Shown here: positions 35,476-47,680 of the stretch, piece after piece
Layout of the letters: each line of letters opens with the position of its first letter
Numbering within the stretch: the first letter of the stretch is position 1
Assembly: GCF_036507355.1 (NCBI RefSeq)
Contig: NZ_AP027877.1
Origin: Escherichia coli
GTDB taxonomy: Bacteria; Pseudomonadota; Gammaproteobacteria; Enterobacterales; Enterobacteriaceae
Length of the DNA: 64,000 nt
Direction: 5' to 3' (one strand)
Program-made: the position numbers and the translations under genes
Notes under the pieces: generated by a model
Told to the model about the DNA's origin: nothing
The model's input: the letters and a program-made list of their open reading frames with translations, nothing else
Databases searched by the model: none

Positions 35476-36255
35476 ATGACGATGAATTCATTCGAGCGAA
35501 GGAATAAGATCATCCAATTAGTGAATGAACAGGGAACCGTGCTTGTTCAGGATCTGGCGGGAGTATTTGCTGCCTCGGAAGCGACAATCCGTGCCGATTT
35601 GCGCTTTCTCGAACAAAAAGGCGTGGTTACGCGCTTTCATGGCGGTGCGGCGAAAATAATGTCCGGTAATAGTGAAACCGAGACCCAGGAAGTCGGGTTT
35701 AAAGAGCGATTTCAGCTCGCCAGCGCGCCAAAAAACAGAATAGCGCAGGCGGCAGTCAAAATGATCCACGAAGGGATGACCGTTATTCTCGACAGCGGAA
35801 GTACGACAATGCTTATCGCCGAAGGATTAATGACCGCCAAAAATATCACGGTGATTACCAACAGTCTCCCGGCAGCGTTTGCCCTTTCCGAAAATAAAGA
35901 CATTACTCTGGTCGTCTGTGGTGGCACGGTCCGCCATAAAACGCGCTCGATGCATGGTTCCATTGCCGAGCGTTCATTGCAGGATATTAATGCCGATTTA
36001 ATGTTTGTCGGTGCTGATGGTATTGATGCGGTTAATGGTATTACGACCTTTAATGAAGGTTATTCGATTAGCGGGGCGATGGTCACCGCCGCAAATAAAG
36101 TGATTGCCGTTCTCGATTCATCGAAATTTAATCGTCGCGGTTTTAATCAGGTACTGCCAATCGAAAAAATTGACATTATTATTACCGATGATGCCGTGTC
36201 AGATGTGGATAAACTGGCATTGCAGAAGACACGGGTAAAATTAATTACGGTGTAG
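35476..36255 (+). CDS. gatR: DeoR-family repressor of the gat operon (intact here)
   Basis: 259 aa; N-terminal HTH and C-terminal DeoR sugar-binding domain; uninterrupted, unlike K-12 where an IS3 splits gatR (from memory). Confidence 0.85.
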   Translation: MTMNSFERRNKIIQLVNEQGTVLVQDLAGVFAASEATIRADLRFLEQKGVVTRFHGGAAKIMSGNSETETQEVGFKERFQLASAPKNRIAQAAVKMIHEGMTVILDSGSTTMLIAEGLMTAKNITVITNSLPAAFALSENKDITLVVCGGTVRHKTRSMHGSIAERSLQDINADLMFVGADGIDAVNGITTFNEGYSISGAMVTAANKVIAVLDSSKFNRRGFNQVLPIEKIDIIITDDAVSDVDKLALQKTRVKLITV

Positions 36256-36264
36256 TATTGTTCT

Positions 36265-36300
36265 GTATGCCGGATAAGGTGTTTACACCGCATCCGGCAT
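36265..36300. repeat. REP element
   Basis: GTATGCCGGATAAGGTGTTTACACCGCATCCGGCAT. Confidence 0.6.
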
Positions 36301-36336
36301 TACGGATTCTCCCTGGTTCAAGAGAGAATAGTTTGA

Positions 36337-37236
36337 TTAACGCAATAATGGACAATCTGGTGGTAATCGACAACGCAACGCCGCCGGAAGTATTTCAATA
36401 TGGAAGTTTTGCCCACTCAACGGTTCGCCATCAAGATTAAAAGTGATTTCGTGTGGGGCTTGTATATCAAACCACGACGAAGCGCCTTCGATAATATTCG
36501 GGTTATCTTCGTCAGATTTTAAGGTTGATACGAGAGCCGGAAGAATTTCATCGCCGGTAAAAATGCGCAGTTGCAGCAAGCCATCGTTAATTAACGCGTT
36601 CGGGCACAATTGTTGACCGCCACCGGCCTGACGCCCGTTACCAATACCAATGACCAGGGCGTCACCTTGCCAGTGAAAGTTTTCACCGCGGATTTCACAA
36701 CGGTCCGGTTGCAGAGTATCCATGCGCATTAAGCCATGAATGATGTAAGAGACGCCACCCAGCGCGGCTTTTAATTTTTCCGGCGTTTCTGTGGTAATAC
36801 GCGTCCCAAATCCGCCTGTCGCCATATTAATAAAACAGGTTTGTTTGTTGACCTGCGCCATATCTATCGCAATGGCGTTACCGGCAATTGCCAGTTTCAG
36901 CGCCTTATCCAGTGCCTCAGGAATCCCTACACTGGTGGCAAAATCATTGGCGGTTCCTAATGGCAAAATTCCCAGCGCGGGTATGTCATCCCCCTCACAC
37001 TGAATCAACGCCGTAGAAACTTCATTAATGGTGCCATCGCCACCACCGGCAATCACCGTTGCGACGCCCAACTTCCGGGCCTCCTCTACATATCGTGCGG
37101 CATCGCCTTTCTCCCAGGTGACCCGCACATGGATCGTCATTCCTTCCTCACGCAACAGCATAATTGCTTCGCGCAATGGTAAATTGTCAGTACTTTTGCC
37201 ATTAAGAATCAGTAAGCTGGCGGGAAATTCTGCCAT
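36337..37236 (-). CDS. yegS: Lipid kinase YegS (DAG-kinase catalytic domain family)
   Basis: 299 aa; GGDGT motif. Confidence 0.9.
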   Translation of the reverse strand: MAEFPASLLILNGKSTDNLPLREAIMLLREEGMTIHVRVTWEKGDAARYVEEARKLGVATVIAGGGDGTINEVSTALIQCEGDDIPALGILPLGTANDFATSVGIPEALDKALKLAIAGNAIAIDMAQVNKQTCFINMATGGFGTRITTETPEKLKAALGGVSYIIHGLMRMDTLQPDRCEIRGENFHWQGDALVIGIGNGRQAGGGQQLCPNALINDGLLQLRIFTGDEILPALVSTLKSDEDNPNIIEGASSWFDIQAPHEITFNLDGEPLSGQNFHIEILPAALRCRLPPDCPLLR

Positions 37237-37641
37237 GATCGTATGTGCCTTTATGATTGGTCTGTAGATAGTGTAGAGCAGAAAAGAAAAGGTGGAGTCA
37301 GAACAGGATGAAAGTCGGAGGATAAATAGTCAGTTCAAGTATGGAGGATTCAGTGGTTACCACCAGGAGCTTGCAATGGGGACAGCGAATACTAACGGCA
37401 GCCACCGATAAATTTCAAAAAAGAGCATATACCTAATATTCAACTAAACAGTGGCATCTTCAATATAATATATTAAAGCCTCCATGGAGTTACCCGGAAG
37501 GGCCTCCATGTCCGTAATTCCTACTTATGTAGGAAATGTTGTACAGAACATTTATTATAATCCTATTCAATTATAATAATCATGCCATTATTATATTTAA
37601 ACACTAGAGAGTGTCGTTGGTATTTAATGGGGGAAGGTGAG

Positions 37642-37959
37642 GTGAACAAGATAGCTGCTATATCATTAATTAGTGTTTTTCTTATGTCTGGTTGTGCTGT
37701 GCATAATGATGAGACAAGTATCGGTAAATTTGGTCTTGCATATAAAAGTAATATTCAGCGTAAACTCGATAATCAATACTACACCGAAGCCGAAGCTTCT
37801 TTAGCCAGGGGCAGAATTTCTGGTGCAGAAAATATAGTAAAAAATGATGCAGCCCATTTCTGTGTTACTCAGGGCAAAAAAATGCAGATAGTTGACCTGA
37901 AGACAGAAGGTGCAGGATTACATGGCGTCGCTCGTCTGACATTCAAATGTGGAGAGTGA
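37642..37959 (+). CDS. yegR: Small lipoprotein-like protein YegR
   Basis: Probable GTG start (VNKIAAISLISVFLMSGCAV lipobox); ORF-track start 37582 is an upstream extension. Confidence 0.6.
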   Translation: MNKIAAISLISVFLMSGCAVHNDETSIGKFGLAYKSNIQRKLDNQYYTEAEASLARGRISGAENIVKNDAAHFCVTQGKKMQIVDLKTEGAGLHGVARLTFKCGE

Positions 37960-38117
37960 GAATATTTTTTGGTAAGCGCCAAACATGCGCGTTCTGGTTG
38001 TGCTTAGCCGGAACCTGTGCGAGCACGATGCCGTTACGTGAAAGGCATCGTGCTATGAAGGGAGATTCTATCGATGTGGTCAATGGAAGACGGTGACCAG
38101 GGATAGGGCTTATGCAT

Positions 38118-38204
38118 AAAAAATAAGCCCGTGTAAGGGAGATTACACAGGCTAAGGAGGTGGTTCCTGGTACAGCTAGCATTTTATGGGTTATGTTTTT
38201 CAGC
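38118..38204 (-). ncRNA. cyaR: Hfq-dependent sRNA CyaR (RyeE)
   Basis: Reverse complement reads GCTGAAAAACATAACCCATAAAATGCTAGCTGTACCAGGAACCACCTCCTTAGCCTGTGTAATCTCCCTTACACGGGCTTATTTTTT, which matches CyaR as I remember it, including the terminator hairpin and U-tail. Confidence 0.85.
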
Positions 38205-38288
38205 GAAACGGATGATAACCTTAATAAATGCAGCTGTATGTGATCGGTTTCTAAGAATTTTCCATCCGGGAAAAATAATCGAAATTAA

Positions 38289-39650
38289 TCACTTACCGTG
38301 TGGGTTACGCGTGGTTTCCCCGGAGAAATTACGCATCAGCAGCGCGTAATTTAGCTCAAGATCCTGCGGCACCGGGAGCCACACAGTATAACCATCGCCT
38401 GGTGCTACCGGCATAGCTTCGCCTTTGGCGTTTTCCATGTGCTCAAGGGTAAAGTTAATGTTGCCTTGCGGCGTCATCAGCTCAAGGCTGTCGCCAACGG
38501 AGAATTTATTTTTCACCGCTACCGCCGCGAGGTCCCCCTTGCGCTCACCGGTAAACTCACCAACAAACTGCTGGCGGTCAGAAACTGAATAACCGTATTC
38601 GTAGTTCTGATAATCGTCGTGAGTATGACGACGCAGAAATCCTTCGGTGTAACCACGATGCGCCAGACCTTCCAGAGTTTCCAGCAGGCTGGTATCGAAC
38701 GGTTTTCCCGCAGCGGCGTCATCGATAGCTTTGCGGTAAACCTGTGCGGTGCGTGCGCAATAGTAGAAAGATTTAGTACGGCCTTCGATTTTCAGCGAAT
38801 GCACGCCCATTTTGGTCAGGCGTTCTACATGGGCGATGGCGCGCAGATCTTTCGAGTTCATGATGTAAGTGCCGTGCTCATCTTCAAACGCGGTCATATA
38901 CTCGCCCGGACGCTGGGCTTCTTCGATCATAAACACTTTGTCGGTTGGCGCGCCAATACCAAGCGTAGGCTCAACGTTTTGCACCGGAATCGGCTCGTAC
39001 TTGTGTACGATGTTGCCGACGTCATCTTCTTTACCTTCCTGTACGTTGTACTCCCAGCGGCAGGCATTGGTGCAGGTTCCCTGGTTCGGGTCGCGTTTGT
39101 TAATGTAGCCCGAGAGCAGGCAGCGACCGGAGTAGGCCATGCACAGTGCGCCGTGAACGAAGATCTCGATCTCCATATCCGGCACCTGATTGCGGATCTC
39201 TTCAATCTCTTCCAGCGACAGCTCGCGAGAGAGGATCACGCGGGTCAGGCCCATTTGCTGCCAGAATTTCACCGTCGCCCAGTTTACGGCGTTAGCCTGC
39301 ACCGAGAGGTGGATCGGCATTTCAGGGAAGTGCTCACGCACCAGCATAATCAGCCCTGGATCGGACATAATCAGCGCATCCGGCCCCATTTCCACCACCG
39401 GTTTCAGGTCACGGATAAAGGTTTTCAGCTTGGCGTTGTGCGGGGCAATGTTGACCACGACATAAAACTTTTTCCCCAGCGCGTGGGCTTCATTGATGCC
39501 GAGCTGAAGATTTTCGTGGTTGAATTCGTTGTTGCGCACACGCAGGGAGTAACGCGGCTGGCCCGCATAAACAGCATCTGCGCCATAAGCGAAAGCGTAA
39601 CGCATATTTTTCAGCGTTCCCGCCGGGGAAAGGAGTTCCGGTTTAAACAT
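38289..39650 (-). CDS. yegQ: U32-family peptidase-like protein YegQ
   Basis: 453 aa. Confidence 0.9.
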   Translation of the reverse strand: MFKPELLSPAGTLKNMRYAFAYGADAVYAGQPRYSLRVRNNEFNHENLQLGINEAHALGKKFYVVVNIAPHNAKLKTFIRDLKPVVEMGPDALIMSDPGLIMLVREHFPEMPIHLSVQANAVNWATVKFWQQMGLTRVILSRELSLEEIEEIRNQVPDMEIEIFVHGALCMAYSGRCLLSGYINKRDPNQGTCTNACRWEYNVQEGKEDDVGNIVHKYEPIPVQNVEPTLGIGAPTDKVFMIEEAQRPGEYMTAFEDEHGTYIMNSKDLRAIAHVERLTKMGVHSLKIEGRTKSFYYCARTAQVYRKAIDDAAAGKPFDTSLLETLEGLAHRGYTEGFLRRHTHDDYQNYEYGYSVSDRQQFVGEFTGERKGDLAAVAVKNKFSVGDSLELMTPQGNINFTLEHMENAKGEAMPVAPGDGYTVWLPVPQDLELNYALLMRNFSGETTRNPHGK

Positions 39651-39752
39651 AATTCTCTCGTTCTGATGACAGGTCAGATCCGCTTCACCTGATGAAGCGG
39701 TTAGGGGAGTGCCCCCACTTTAAGGGCGGGCATTGTAGCGCAATCGGCGGGT

Positions 39753-40049
39753 TTAGCTCCAGTGTAAATGTCTGGTGGCGTCCTGGTTTTGGTTAAGGAT
39801 ACGAATGACGATAATTTCCCCTGGTGATTGCAGGAAATAAATTACGTGGCGTTCAAAAGGAAGAACAAAAATACCTTCGCCTAATTCAGGTCTGGGCGTA
39901 CCTATATTATTGTTACTCAGAATCTGGAGAACGTCTGAAAGATGTTCCACATATCTGTCGGCTTGTGGTTCGCCGAAATGGTGATAACTGTAATACCAGA
40001 TGCCTTCTAAATCCTCATTGGCTTTTGGCATGAGTTTAATAATACGCAC
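39753..40049 (-). CDS. ParE/RelE-superfamily toxin (ParE-like)
   Basis: 98-aa ORF MRIIKLMPKANEDLEGIWYYSYHHFGEPQADRYVEHL...IVIRILNQNQD; 1-bp gap to the upstream antitoxin gene. Confidence 0.7.
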   Translation of the reverse strand: MRIIKLMPKANEDLEGIWYYSYHHFGEPQADRYVEHLSDVLQILSNNNIGTPRPELGEGIFVLPFERHVIYFLQSPGEIIVIRILNQNQDATRHLHWS

Positions 40050-40050
40050 A

Positions 40051-40302
40051 TTATTTCCTTATCCCTGCTTTCACCTTCCGTAAAAACGCGTCCTTTTCCC
40101 ACGGCTGAGCTTCACCACTACTCAACCCTTCTGCAAGCATGTCACGTAACGCTTGCAGGCGAGACTCTGCTTGCTTTTCTCGAAGTAAGCGCAGTGACTC
40201 ACGGATCACTTCGCTTTGGGTGCGATAGTCGCCGGATTCAATTAAGGACTCGATAAATTCACGCAACTCATCGCCGAGATCAACCGTCATCGTTCTGGCC
40301 AT
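40051..40302 (-). CDS. ParD-like (ribbon-helix-helix) antitoxin
   Basis: 83-aa ORF MARTMTVDLGDELREFIESLIESGDYRTQSEVIRESLRLLREKQ; immediately upstream of the toxin. Confidence 0.7.
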   Translation of the reverse strand: MARTMTVDLGDELREFIESLIESGDYRTQSEVIRESLRLLREKQAESRLQALRDMLAEGLSSGEAQPWEKDAFLRKVKAGIRK

Positions 40303-40352
40303 GTTTATGCTCTCCTGTAAGTAAAAATCTTACATCAGTGTATGTCATAAAC
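40303..40352. promoter_or_regulatory. Nested inverted repeats upstream of the parD-like gene (candidate autoregulatory operator)
   Basis: GTTTATG...TGTAAG-TAAAAAT-CTTACA...CATAAAC directly upstream of the antitoxin start. Confidence 0.35.
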
Positions 40353-40544
40353 CGGATAGCGTCACGAAAGTATTAGAAGATATTTTGGCAGATGAACATG
40401 TTCAGGAGGATAAGCATGGAGATGTTAAACAAAGAAAGCACAATGAGTATTCATCAGTGTCCACTATTTTAATGGCGCAGGTAAATAAATAAGCGTTATT
40501 TGGAAATAAAGCCGGACGCCAACAACCCACGCCCGGCATCGTAA

Positions 40545-40877
40545 TTACGTATTGTCTTTCACCGTCTGGCTTGTGCCATTGGCTTTAACGGAGGCAATTC
40601 CGGTTTCACGAGATTGCGCGGTGGCATACATCTGGCTGGAGCCGATAATTTGATGATTGGCGGCTTTCAGATTGAAATAGAATTTGCCGTTGCTTGCCGT
40701 TTTTTTCTCATAGCGTTCTTCTTGCGGGCTGTTGCTACGCACCGACGCGATGCCCTTTTCCGCAGAGGCTTTTGAGGTATACAGCTCGCTGGTGAGGATA
40801 GTCTCACCATTGCCCGCTTTTAGCACAAACCGGAACTGATTATCACTGCTCTTACTGAGTTCAAACCAACCAGCCAT
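40545..40877 (-). CDS. yegP: Small conserved protein YegP (tandem-repeat protein, function unknown)
   Basis: 110 aa from MAGWFELSKSSDNQFRFVLKAGNGE with an internal repeat (GKFYFNLKAANHQIIGSSQMY). Confidence 0.85.
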   Translation of the reverse strand: MAGWFELSKSSDNQFRFVLKAGNGETILTSELYTSKASAEKGIASVRSNSPQEERYEKKTASNGKFYFNLKAANHQIIGSSQMYATAQSRETGIASVKANGTSQTVKDNT

Positions 40878-41067
40878 AATGACTCCTTGATTGAAATTGC
40901 TTATCGAAAACAGCATCTAAAGGTGCTGTTTACCGATTAAAGTATGAGCGATTTTCTGATGCCTGCCAGGGCGGAGAGATAATGTCAGTTTGCTGACCAT
41001 GCGTGGGATAATGTTGCCGGATCTGGTCTGAACGCCATCTCCGGCTAACAAAATAATGTCGCTAAAA

Positions 41068-41790
41068 CTAAACGATGCGGCAGGCGTCGGCTTCCCAGCG
41101 GTAACCGACGCCGTAAACGGCGCGGATAAATGACTGTTCGGCGTCGAGAGATTCCAGCTTGCGGCGCAGGTTTTTAATGTGGCTGTCGATGGTGCGGTCG
41201 GTTACTACGCGGTAGTCGTCATAAAGATGATTGAGCAATTGCTCGCGGGAGAACACTTTTCCTGGTTCGTGAGAGAGCGTTTTCAGCAGACGAAATTCCG
41301 CAGGCGTCAGGTCAAGCATTTTACCGCGCCATGAAGCCTGAAAACGACCTTCGTCGATAATCAACGGGCTTTCAGCATCCTGTTGCTGCAACTCGCGCTG
41401 CGGTTTGCAACGGCGCAAAATGGTTTTGACGCGCGCTACCACTTCCCGTGGGCTGTACGGCTTACAGATATAATCATCTGCGCCAATCTCCAGTCCGAGC
41501 AGGCGGTCGATCTCTTCGATTTTTGCCGTGACCATCACGATAGGAATGTCAGAAAAACGACGAATTTCCCGGCACAGCGTCAAGCCATCGGTGCCAGGGA
41601 GCATCAGATCCAACAGGATCAGATCCGGTGGTGTCTGGCGCACATACGGCAGTACCTGATCGCCGTGGCTGATAAGCGTCGGCGCATAGCTCGCAGCACG
41701 CAGATAATCAATGAGCAACTGCCCCAGCTTCGGTTCATCTTCCACGATCAAAATACGCGGTGTGTTTTCGTCGATTGGTAACTCGGTCAT
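41068..41790 (-). CDS. baeR: OmpR-family response regulator BaeR
   Basis: 240 aa; receiver domain plus winged-helix; 4-bp overlap with baeS. Confidence 0.95.
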
Positions 41791-43190
41791 ACTTCTCTCT
41801 GTAAATCCCGTTCCAGCGGTAACTCTACTGTAATGCTTACCCCGCCAAAAGGCGAATGGGCGGCAATAATGCGGCCATTATGTGCTTCAACAATGTTCAG
41901 GCAAATCGCCAGCCCCAGCCCGGAACCGCCGCTGGCGCGGTTGCGGGAACCTTCGGTGCGATAAAAACGTTCAAACAATTTTTGTAGCTGATCGTCACTG
42001 ACACCTGGCGCACTGTCGGCAAAGGTCAGGCGCACCGTTTTGTCGTGCTGCTCGGCAGAGATTTTCAGGCTGCCGCCGCTGTCAGTGTAGCGCAGGCTGT
42101 TTTCCAGTAAGTTATTGAATAACTGCATTAAACGGTCGCGATCGCCAAATACGGTGATACTGTCTGGCAGGGAAAATTGCAGTTTCAGGCCACGGCTGGC
42201 AAATCGTTCGCGAAATGCGCCGCCCGCCACTTCCAGCAGTGGGATCAAATCTACCGGTGCTTTTTGATAGGCGAGAGCGCCTTCATCAGACATCGACAAC
42301 TGATGGAGATCGTCAACCAGTTTGGTCAGTGTACCGACCTCCGCCTGTAAAGACGCCACCGTCTCCGGCGTGAATTTACGCACGCCATCCTGAATGGCTT
42401 CCAGTTCACCGCGCAGCACTGCTAATGGCGTACGCAGTTCGTGAGAAATATCGGCCATAAAATCGCGCCGCATTTGCTGGTTTTTCTCCAGCGTGCTGGC
42501 GAGCTGGTTGAAGTCTTGCGCCAGTTTGCCCAGTTCATCTTCACTGGTGGGCGTTACGCGGGTAGTGAAATCGCCCGCCGCCAGTTTGTGCGTGCCATCG
42601 ACAAGTCGTTTTACCGGTGCCAGTAAACCGCGCGCTAGCAGAAAAGTGGCGAGTGCCGCGAGTAACGTTGCCAGGGCGACAATCAGCCAGCTGGTTTGCC
42701 GTTGTTGTTTATCGAAATTGATATCAGTATTGCGGGTCAGCCGCTCAACGGGGGAGGCAATCACCGCGCCCACTTCCGCACCGTTGACCAGAATGGGTCG
42801 CCGTGTACCGTCAGGTGGAATCGGCGCTCGCGGACCAACCAGCACCTTGTTGTTTTGATCAACCACCCAGAACTGAGTACGCCAGCCGTGTGGTGGCATA
42901 CCCGGGCCGGGTTTATCTTCCGAATTATCGTGTTCAAATGAACGCAGGATCTGAAAGACAAAGCGATCATTGTTGCGCAGGAAGCGCCAGTTGCCATGCT
43001 GCGCATACTGCTCGCCAAGCGCATCACTTAACAGTTGTAATCGCTGTTCATTACCATGCTTGATGTAATCAATAAAGCCACGCTCAAAACTGATACGCAC
43101 CGCCCAGTGCATACTGATCAGCAAGACAATGCAGGTGGCGAAAATCGCCAGAAACAGTTTGCCGGTAATACCAGGTCGCCAGAACTTCAT
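41787..43190 (-). CDS. baeS: Sensor histidine kinase BaeS
   Basis: 467 aa; H-box SHELRTPL, HATPase domain. Confidence 0.95.
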
Positions 43191-44602
43191 TGCGCGCTCC
43201 TTTTTCGCCGCGAAATAGCTACATTTTGATGCGTATCGTTCGGCACTCTGGCAAAGATGAACGCCGGAAGGGCGATGATAAACGCCATGCTAAGCCAGGT
43301 GTACATAAAGACGGTTTGTGTGGTGCTGCTGTCGACGCTGACATGCTGCGAACCAAAAAGTCCCAGCAACAGCCCGGCGATGGTGACGCCGATACTCATC
43401 GACAATTGCATAATCATCGACAGCAGACTGTTGCCGCTGCTCGCCAGATTGTCCGGGAGATCTTTCAGCGTCAGGGTGTTCATGGAGGAGAAACGGGTCG
43501 AGTTGACCATCCCTTGTAAAAACAGGACGAACGGCAAAACGTAGTACCAGCCCAACAGAGCGGTAGTCATAAACAACAGGGTGACCAGCGACAGACCCAG
43601 CGTGGTCGCTACCAGTACCCGACGATAACCAAAGCGATTCACCACCTGTACAACAATCCGCTTCATCCCCATGCTGCCAAGCACCATCGGGATCATCATC
43701 AGTCCGGCATGAAACGGTGAGAAGCCAAGGCCAATTTGCAGGAAAACCGGTGTCATAAAGGGCAACATGCCACTGCCAATACGTCCGGCAAAGCTCCCCG
43801 CCAGGCCCAGCGAAAAGGTACGAGTACGGAACAGTTTCAGACTGAACAGGGCACGGTTGTTATTTCTGGCGTGCAGCAGATAAAGCACCAGTGCCACCAC
43901 GCCAACTGCGACCAGGCCAGCAATCGCCAGCGGCGATAAACCTGTACCTTTACTGCCGTCCAGCGCCAGGGTTAATACCGCCATGCCAACCGCCAGCAAC
44001 AGAAAGCCGGAGAGATCAAAGCGCCGCGTCTGCATGGTATAGTTCGGCATTAACATCAATGTGGCGATCGCACCAATAATTCCCACCGGAATGTTGATCA
44101 AAAAGATCCAGTGCCACGACGCGTACTCCACCAGCAGACCGCCAAGCGCCGGACCGAGCAGCGGACCGACCTGACCGGGTAACGTGACAAAGGTCATCGC
44201 CGCCATATATTGCTCGCGCGGTACGATTTTCATCACCGTCAACCTGCCGACCGGCACCATCATCGCACCGCCCACGCCCTGTAACGCGCGTGCCAGCAAC
44301 AGTTCGTTCAGCGTGCCGGAAAGCGCGCAAAACAGTGAACCGAGAGTAAACAGCATGATGGCGGTAAAGAAAATATTGCGCACGCCGACTTTGTCCGCCA
44401 GCCAGCCGCTGGCGGGCAGCATCACCGCCACGGTCAGTACATAAGAGACAATAACCATGTGCATATGCAACGGACTTTCCCCGAGGCTTTGCGCCATTGA
44501 GGGAAGGGCGGTGTTTACGATGGTGGTGTCCAGCGACTGCATAAAGAAGCCGAAAGCCACAATCCACAATTGCCAGCGGGTGCTGTCGGGAAGATCTGTC
44601 AT
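43187..44602 (-). CDS. mdtD: MFS transporter MdtD
   Basis: 471 aa, polytopic. Confidence 0.9.
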   Translation of the reverse strand: MTDLPDSTRWQLWIVAFGFFMQSLDTTIVNTALPSMAQSLGESPLHMHMVIVSYVLTVAVMLPASGWLADKVGVRNIFFTAIMLFTLGSLFCALSGTLNELLLARALQGVGGAMMVPVGRLTVMKIVPREQYMAAMTFVTLPGQVGPLLGPALGGLLVEYASWHWIFLINIPVGIIGAIATLMLMPNYTMQTRRFDLSGFLLLAVGMAVLTLALDGSKGTGLSPLAIAGLVAVGVVALVLYLLHARNNNRALFSLKLFRTRTFSLGLAGSFAGRIGSGMLPFMTPVFLQIGLGFSPFHAGLMMIPMVLGSMGMKRIVVQVVNRFGYRRVLVATTLGLSLVTLLFMTTALLGWYYVLPFVLFLQGMVNSTRFSSMNTLTLKDLPDNLASSGNSLLSMIMQLSMSIGVTIAGLLLGLFGSQHVSVDSSTTQTVFMYTWLSMAFIIALPAFIFARVPNDTHQNVAISRRKRSAQ

Positions 44603-47600
44603 TTACTCGGTTACCGTTTGTTTAGGTTTACGCGAAAAACGCAGCCGCAGACGGTCGAAAAAGAGATACACCACCGGCGTGGTATACAGCGTCAGGAGCT
44701 GGCTCATTACCAGACCGCCGACAATGGTGATCCCCAATGGTTGGCGCAACTCCGAGCCGTCACCGCCCGACAACACCAGCGGCAGCGCGCCAAACAGCGC
44801 CGCCAGGGTAGTCATCATAATCGGGCGAAAACGCAGCAGACAGGCCTGGAAAATAGCTTCCTGCGGCGTCAGGTTACCGTGCCGTTGGGCTTCGAGCGCA
44901 AAATCGACCATCATAATGGCGTTTTTCTTCACGATGCCGATTAATAGCATGATCCCTATCAGGGCGATTAGGCTGAACGGGGCATTGAACAGCTCCAGCG
45001 CCAGCAGCGCTCCAACGCCCGCCGAGGGCAGGGTGGAGAGAATCGTCAGCGGATGTACGTAACTCTCGTAAAGGATACCCAGCACGATATACACCGTAGC
45101 GATGGCGGCGATAATCAGGATCACCTGCGAGTTCATCGTCTCCTGGAACACCTGCGCCGTGCCGGCAAAACTACCGCGCACCGTCGAAGGCACACCAAGC
45201 TGGGTCATTGCGCGATCGATCGCCGCACTGGCGTCCGAGAGCGATTTTCCGGTCGGCAGGTTGAACGAGATGGTCGAGGCCGCCGATAATCCCTGATGAT
45301 TCACCGACAGCGGGGCATTCGCCGGTTGCCATTTAGCGAAATACGACAGCGGGATCGCTTTGCCTTCGTTATTGATAACGAACATTTTTTCCAGCGCGCT
45401 GATGTCCTGGGTATAGCGCGGATCCACTTCCATCACCACTTTATACTGGTTCATCGGCTGGTAAATGGTCGAGATTTGCCGCTGACCGAAGGCGTTATTT
45501 AACAGACTGTTGGCGGCCTGTACGTCGATTCCCAGCCGTGCCATGGTGTCGCGGTCGTAAACCAGATTCATCTCCGCGCCGTTATCTTGCTGATCGGAGT
45601 TCACGTCCGCCAGTTCCGGCAACGTCGCCAGTTTTTTGCGGATTTTCGGCTCCCATTCGCGCAGTGCCGCCAGGTCGTCGGATAACAACGTGTACTGGTA
45701 GCTGGCGTTCGACTGACGCCCACCAACGCGAATATCCTGTACCGCCATCAGGAACAGATTCGCCCCCGGTTCTTTCGCCAGCTTCACGCGCAGACGGTCG
45801 ATAATTTGCTGCGCCGTTTCGCTGCGTTCGTCGCGTGGCTTGAGGGTGATAAACATCATCCCGCTGTTCACTCGCGAACCGCCGGTAAATCCGGTGACAT
45901 TATCCACTGCCGGATCGTCACGGATAATTTTCATGAAATCCTGCAACTTACCGCGCATCGCCTGAAACGAAATACTCTGATCCGCCTGAATCCCGCCCAT
46001 CAACACGCCAGTGTCCTGCTCCGGGAAGAAGGTTTTCGGGATCGAGATATATAGCCAGATATTCAGCGCAATGGTGCCAAGCAGCACCACGCCCACCAGA
46101 CGGGTATGATTGAGCACCCATTTCAGTGACTTGCCGTAGCCTTGTTGCAGGGCTACCAACATGCGACCAAAACCACGTAGTCGCTTTTGCTCGCGCGGCT
46201 TGCTGGCTTTCAGCATCCAGCCACACATCATCGGCGTTAGCGTCAGGGAAACCAGCAACGAAATACCAATGGCGACAGAAAGCGTTACGGCAAACTCGCG
46301 TAACAGACGCCCCGGCAATCCGCCCATCAACAGCAGCGGCAGGAACACCGCCACCAGTGACAGACTCATCGACAGCACCGTAAAACCGACTTCGCGAGTA
46401 CCTTGTAGCGCGGCCTGTAGTGGTTTCATCCCCGCTTCCAGATGACGGGCAATGTTTTCCAGCACCACGATGGCGTCATCCACCACAAAGCCTGTGGCGA
46501 TGGTGAGCGCCATTAACGACAGGTTATTGAGACTGAATCCGCACAGGTACATCGCCGCAAACGTACCAATCAGCGAAACCGGCACCGCAACGGCGGGAAT
46601 AATAGTGGCGCGACCCGAGCGCAGGAATAAAAACACCACCAGAATCACCAGCGCCACCGAGATAATCAGCGTTTGCTCGACTTCTTCCAGCGAGGCGCGA
46701 ATGGTGGGGGAGCGATCCTGAGCAATTTGCAGATCAATCGCCGCCGGAATGGTTTCCTGCAACTCCGGTAATTTTGCCCGGATGCTGTCAACCGTCTGGA
46801 TAATATTGGCTTCCGGCAGCTTGCGGATCATCAGCAAAATAGCCGGTTTGGCGTTGGTCATCCCGGCGTTGCGCACATCCTGCACTGAGTCGGTCACCGT
46901 CGCCACATCGCCCAGACGAACCGCGCCGCCGTTGTTGTAGTGAATAATCAGCGGCTGATATTCAGCGGCGGTTTTCAGTTCATCGTTGGTCTGGATCTGC
47001 CAGCGGTGAGTGCCATCTTCCAGCGCCCCCTGCGGTTTACGCACGTTGGCATTGCTGATGGCAGTGCGTACGTCGTCCAGCGACACGCCCTGATTAAACA
47101 GCGCCTGCGGGTTCAGCCCGACGCGCACGGCGGGCAGCGAGCTGCCGCCGACATCGACATCACCGACGCCGTCGATTTGCGAAATCGTCGGAGCCAGCTG
47201 CGTCGAGGCGAAATCGTACAATTCACCCTGCGAATAAGTATCGGAGGTTAGCGTCAGGATCATAATTGGCGCATCCGACGGGTTCGCTTTGCGATAAGTC
47301 GGGCGGCTGGGCATCCCACTGGGCAGCAGACTTTGTGCGGCGTTGATCGCCGCCTGCACATCACGCGCCGCACCGTTGATATCCCGGTCAAAATCAAACT
47401 GCAAAATAATACGCGTGCTGCCGAGCGAACTGCTGGAGGTCATTTCACTGACCCCGGCAATGCGCCCAAGTGAACGCTCCAGCGGCGTGGCAACGGAAGA
47501 CGCCATTGTCTCCGGCGACGCACCGGGCAGCGAGGCGCTGACCATAATCACCGGAAAATCGACCTGCGGCAGCGGGGCGACCGGCAGCATACGGAAACCC

Positions 47601-47680
47601 AGTATGCCGCACAGGGTAATGGCGACCGACAGTAAAATCGTCGCCACCGGGCGGTAAATGAAGAGGGCAAAAAACTTCAC
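44603..47680 (-). CDS. mdtC: RND multidrug efflux pump subunit MdtC
   Basis: 1025 aa RND permease. Confidence 0.95.
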   Translation of the reverse strand: MKFFALFIYRPVATILLSVAITLCGILGFRMLPVAPLPQVDFPVIMVSASLPGASPETMASSVATPLERSLGRIAGVSEMTSSSSLGSTRIILQFDFDRDINGAARDVQAAINAAQSLLPSGMPSRPTYRKANPSDAPIMILTLTSDTYSQGELYDFASTQLAPTISQIDGVGDVDVGGSSLPAVRVGLNPQALFNQGVSLDDVRTAISNANVRKPQGALEDGTHRWQIQTNDELKTAAEYQPLIIHYNNGGAVRLGDVATVTDSVQDVRNAGMTNAKPAILLMIRKLPEANIIQTVDSIRAKLPELQETIPAAIDLQIAQDRSPTIRASLEEVEQTLIISVALVILVVFLFLRSGRATIIPAVAVPVSLIGTFAAMYLCGFSLNNLSLMALTIATGFVVDDAIVVLENIARHLEAGMKPLQAALQGTREVGFTVLSMSLSLVAVFLPLLLMGGLPGRLLREFAVTLSVAIGISLLVSLTLTPMMCGWMLKASKPREQKRLRGFGRMLVALQQGYGKSLKWVLNHTRLVGVVLLGTIALNIWLYISIPKTFFPEQDTGVLMGGIQADQSISFQAMRGKLQDFMKIIRDDPAVDNVTGFTGGSRVNSGMMFITLKPRDERSETAQQIIDRLRVKLAKEPGANLFLMAVQDIRVGGRQSNASYQYTLLSDDLAALREWEPKIRKKLATLPELADVNSDQQDNGAEMNLVYDRDTMARLGIDVQAANSLLNNAFGQRQISTIYQPMNQYKVVMEVDPRYTQDISALEKMFVINNEGKAIPLSYFAKWQPANAPLSVNHQGLSAASTISFNLPTGKSLSDASAAIDRAMTQLGVPSTVRGSFAGTAQVFQETMNSQVILIIAAIATVYIVLGILYESYVHPLTILSTLPSAGVGALLALELFNAPFSLIALIGIMLLIGIVKKNAIMMVDFALEAQRHGNLTPQEAIFQACLLRFRPIMMTTLAALFGALPLVLSGGDGSELRQPLGITIVGGLVMSQLLTLYTTPVVYLFFDRLRLRFSRKPKQTVTE

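Noticed and set aside
44016-45062. 183-aa and 201-aa ORFs overlapping the mdtD/mdtC boundary
   Set aside because: Alternative-frame or antisense ORFs inside GC-rich transporter genes; Arg/Gly-rich composition typical of spurious frames.
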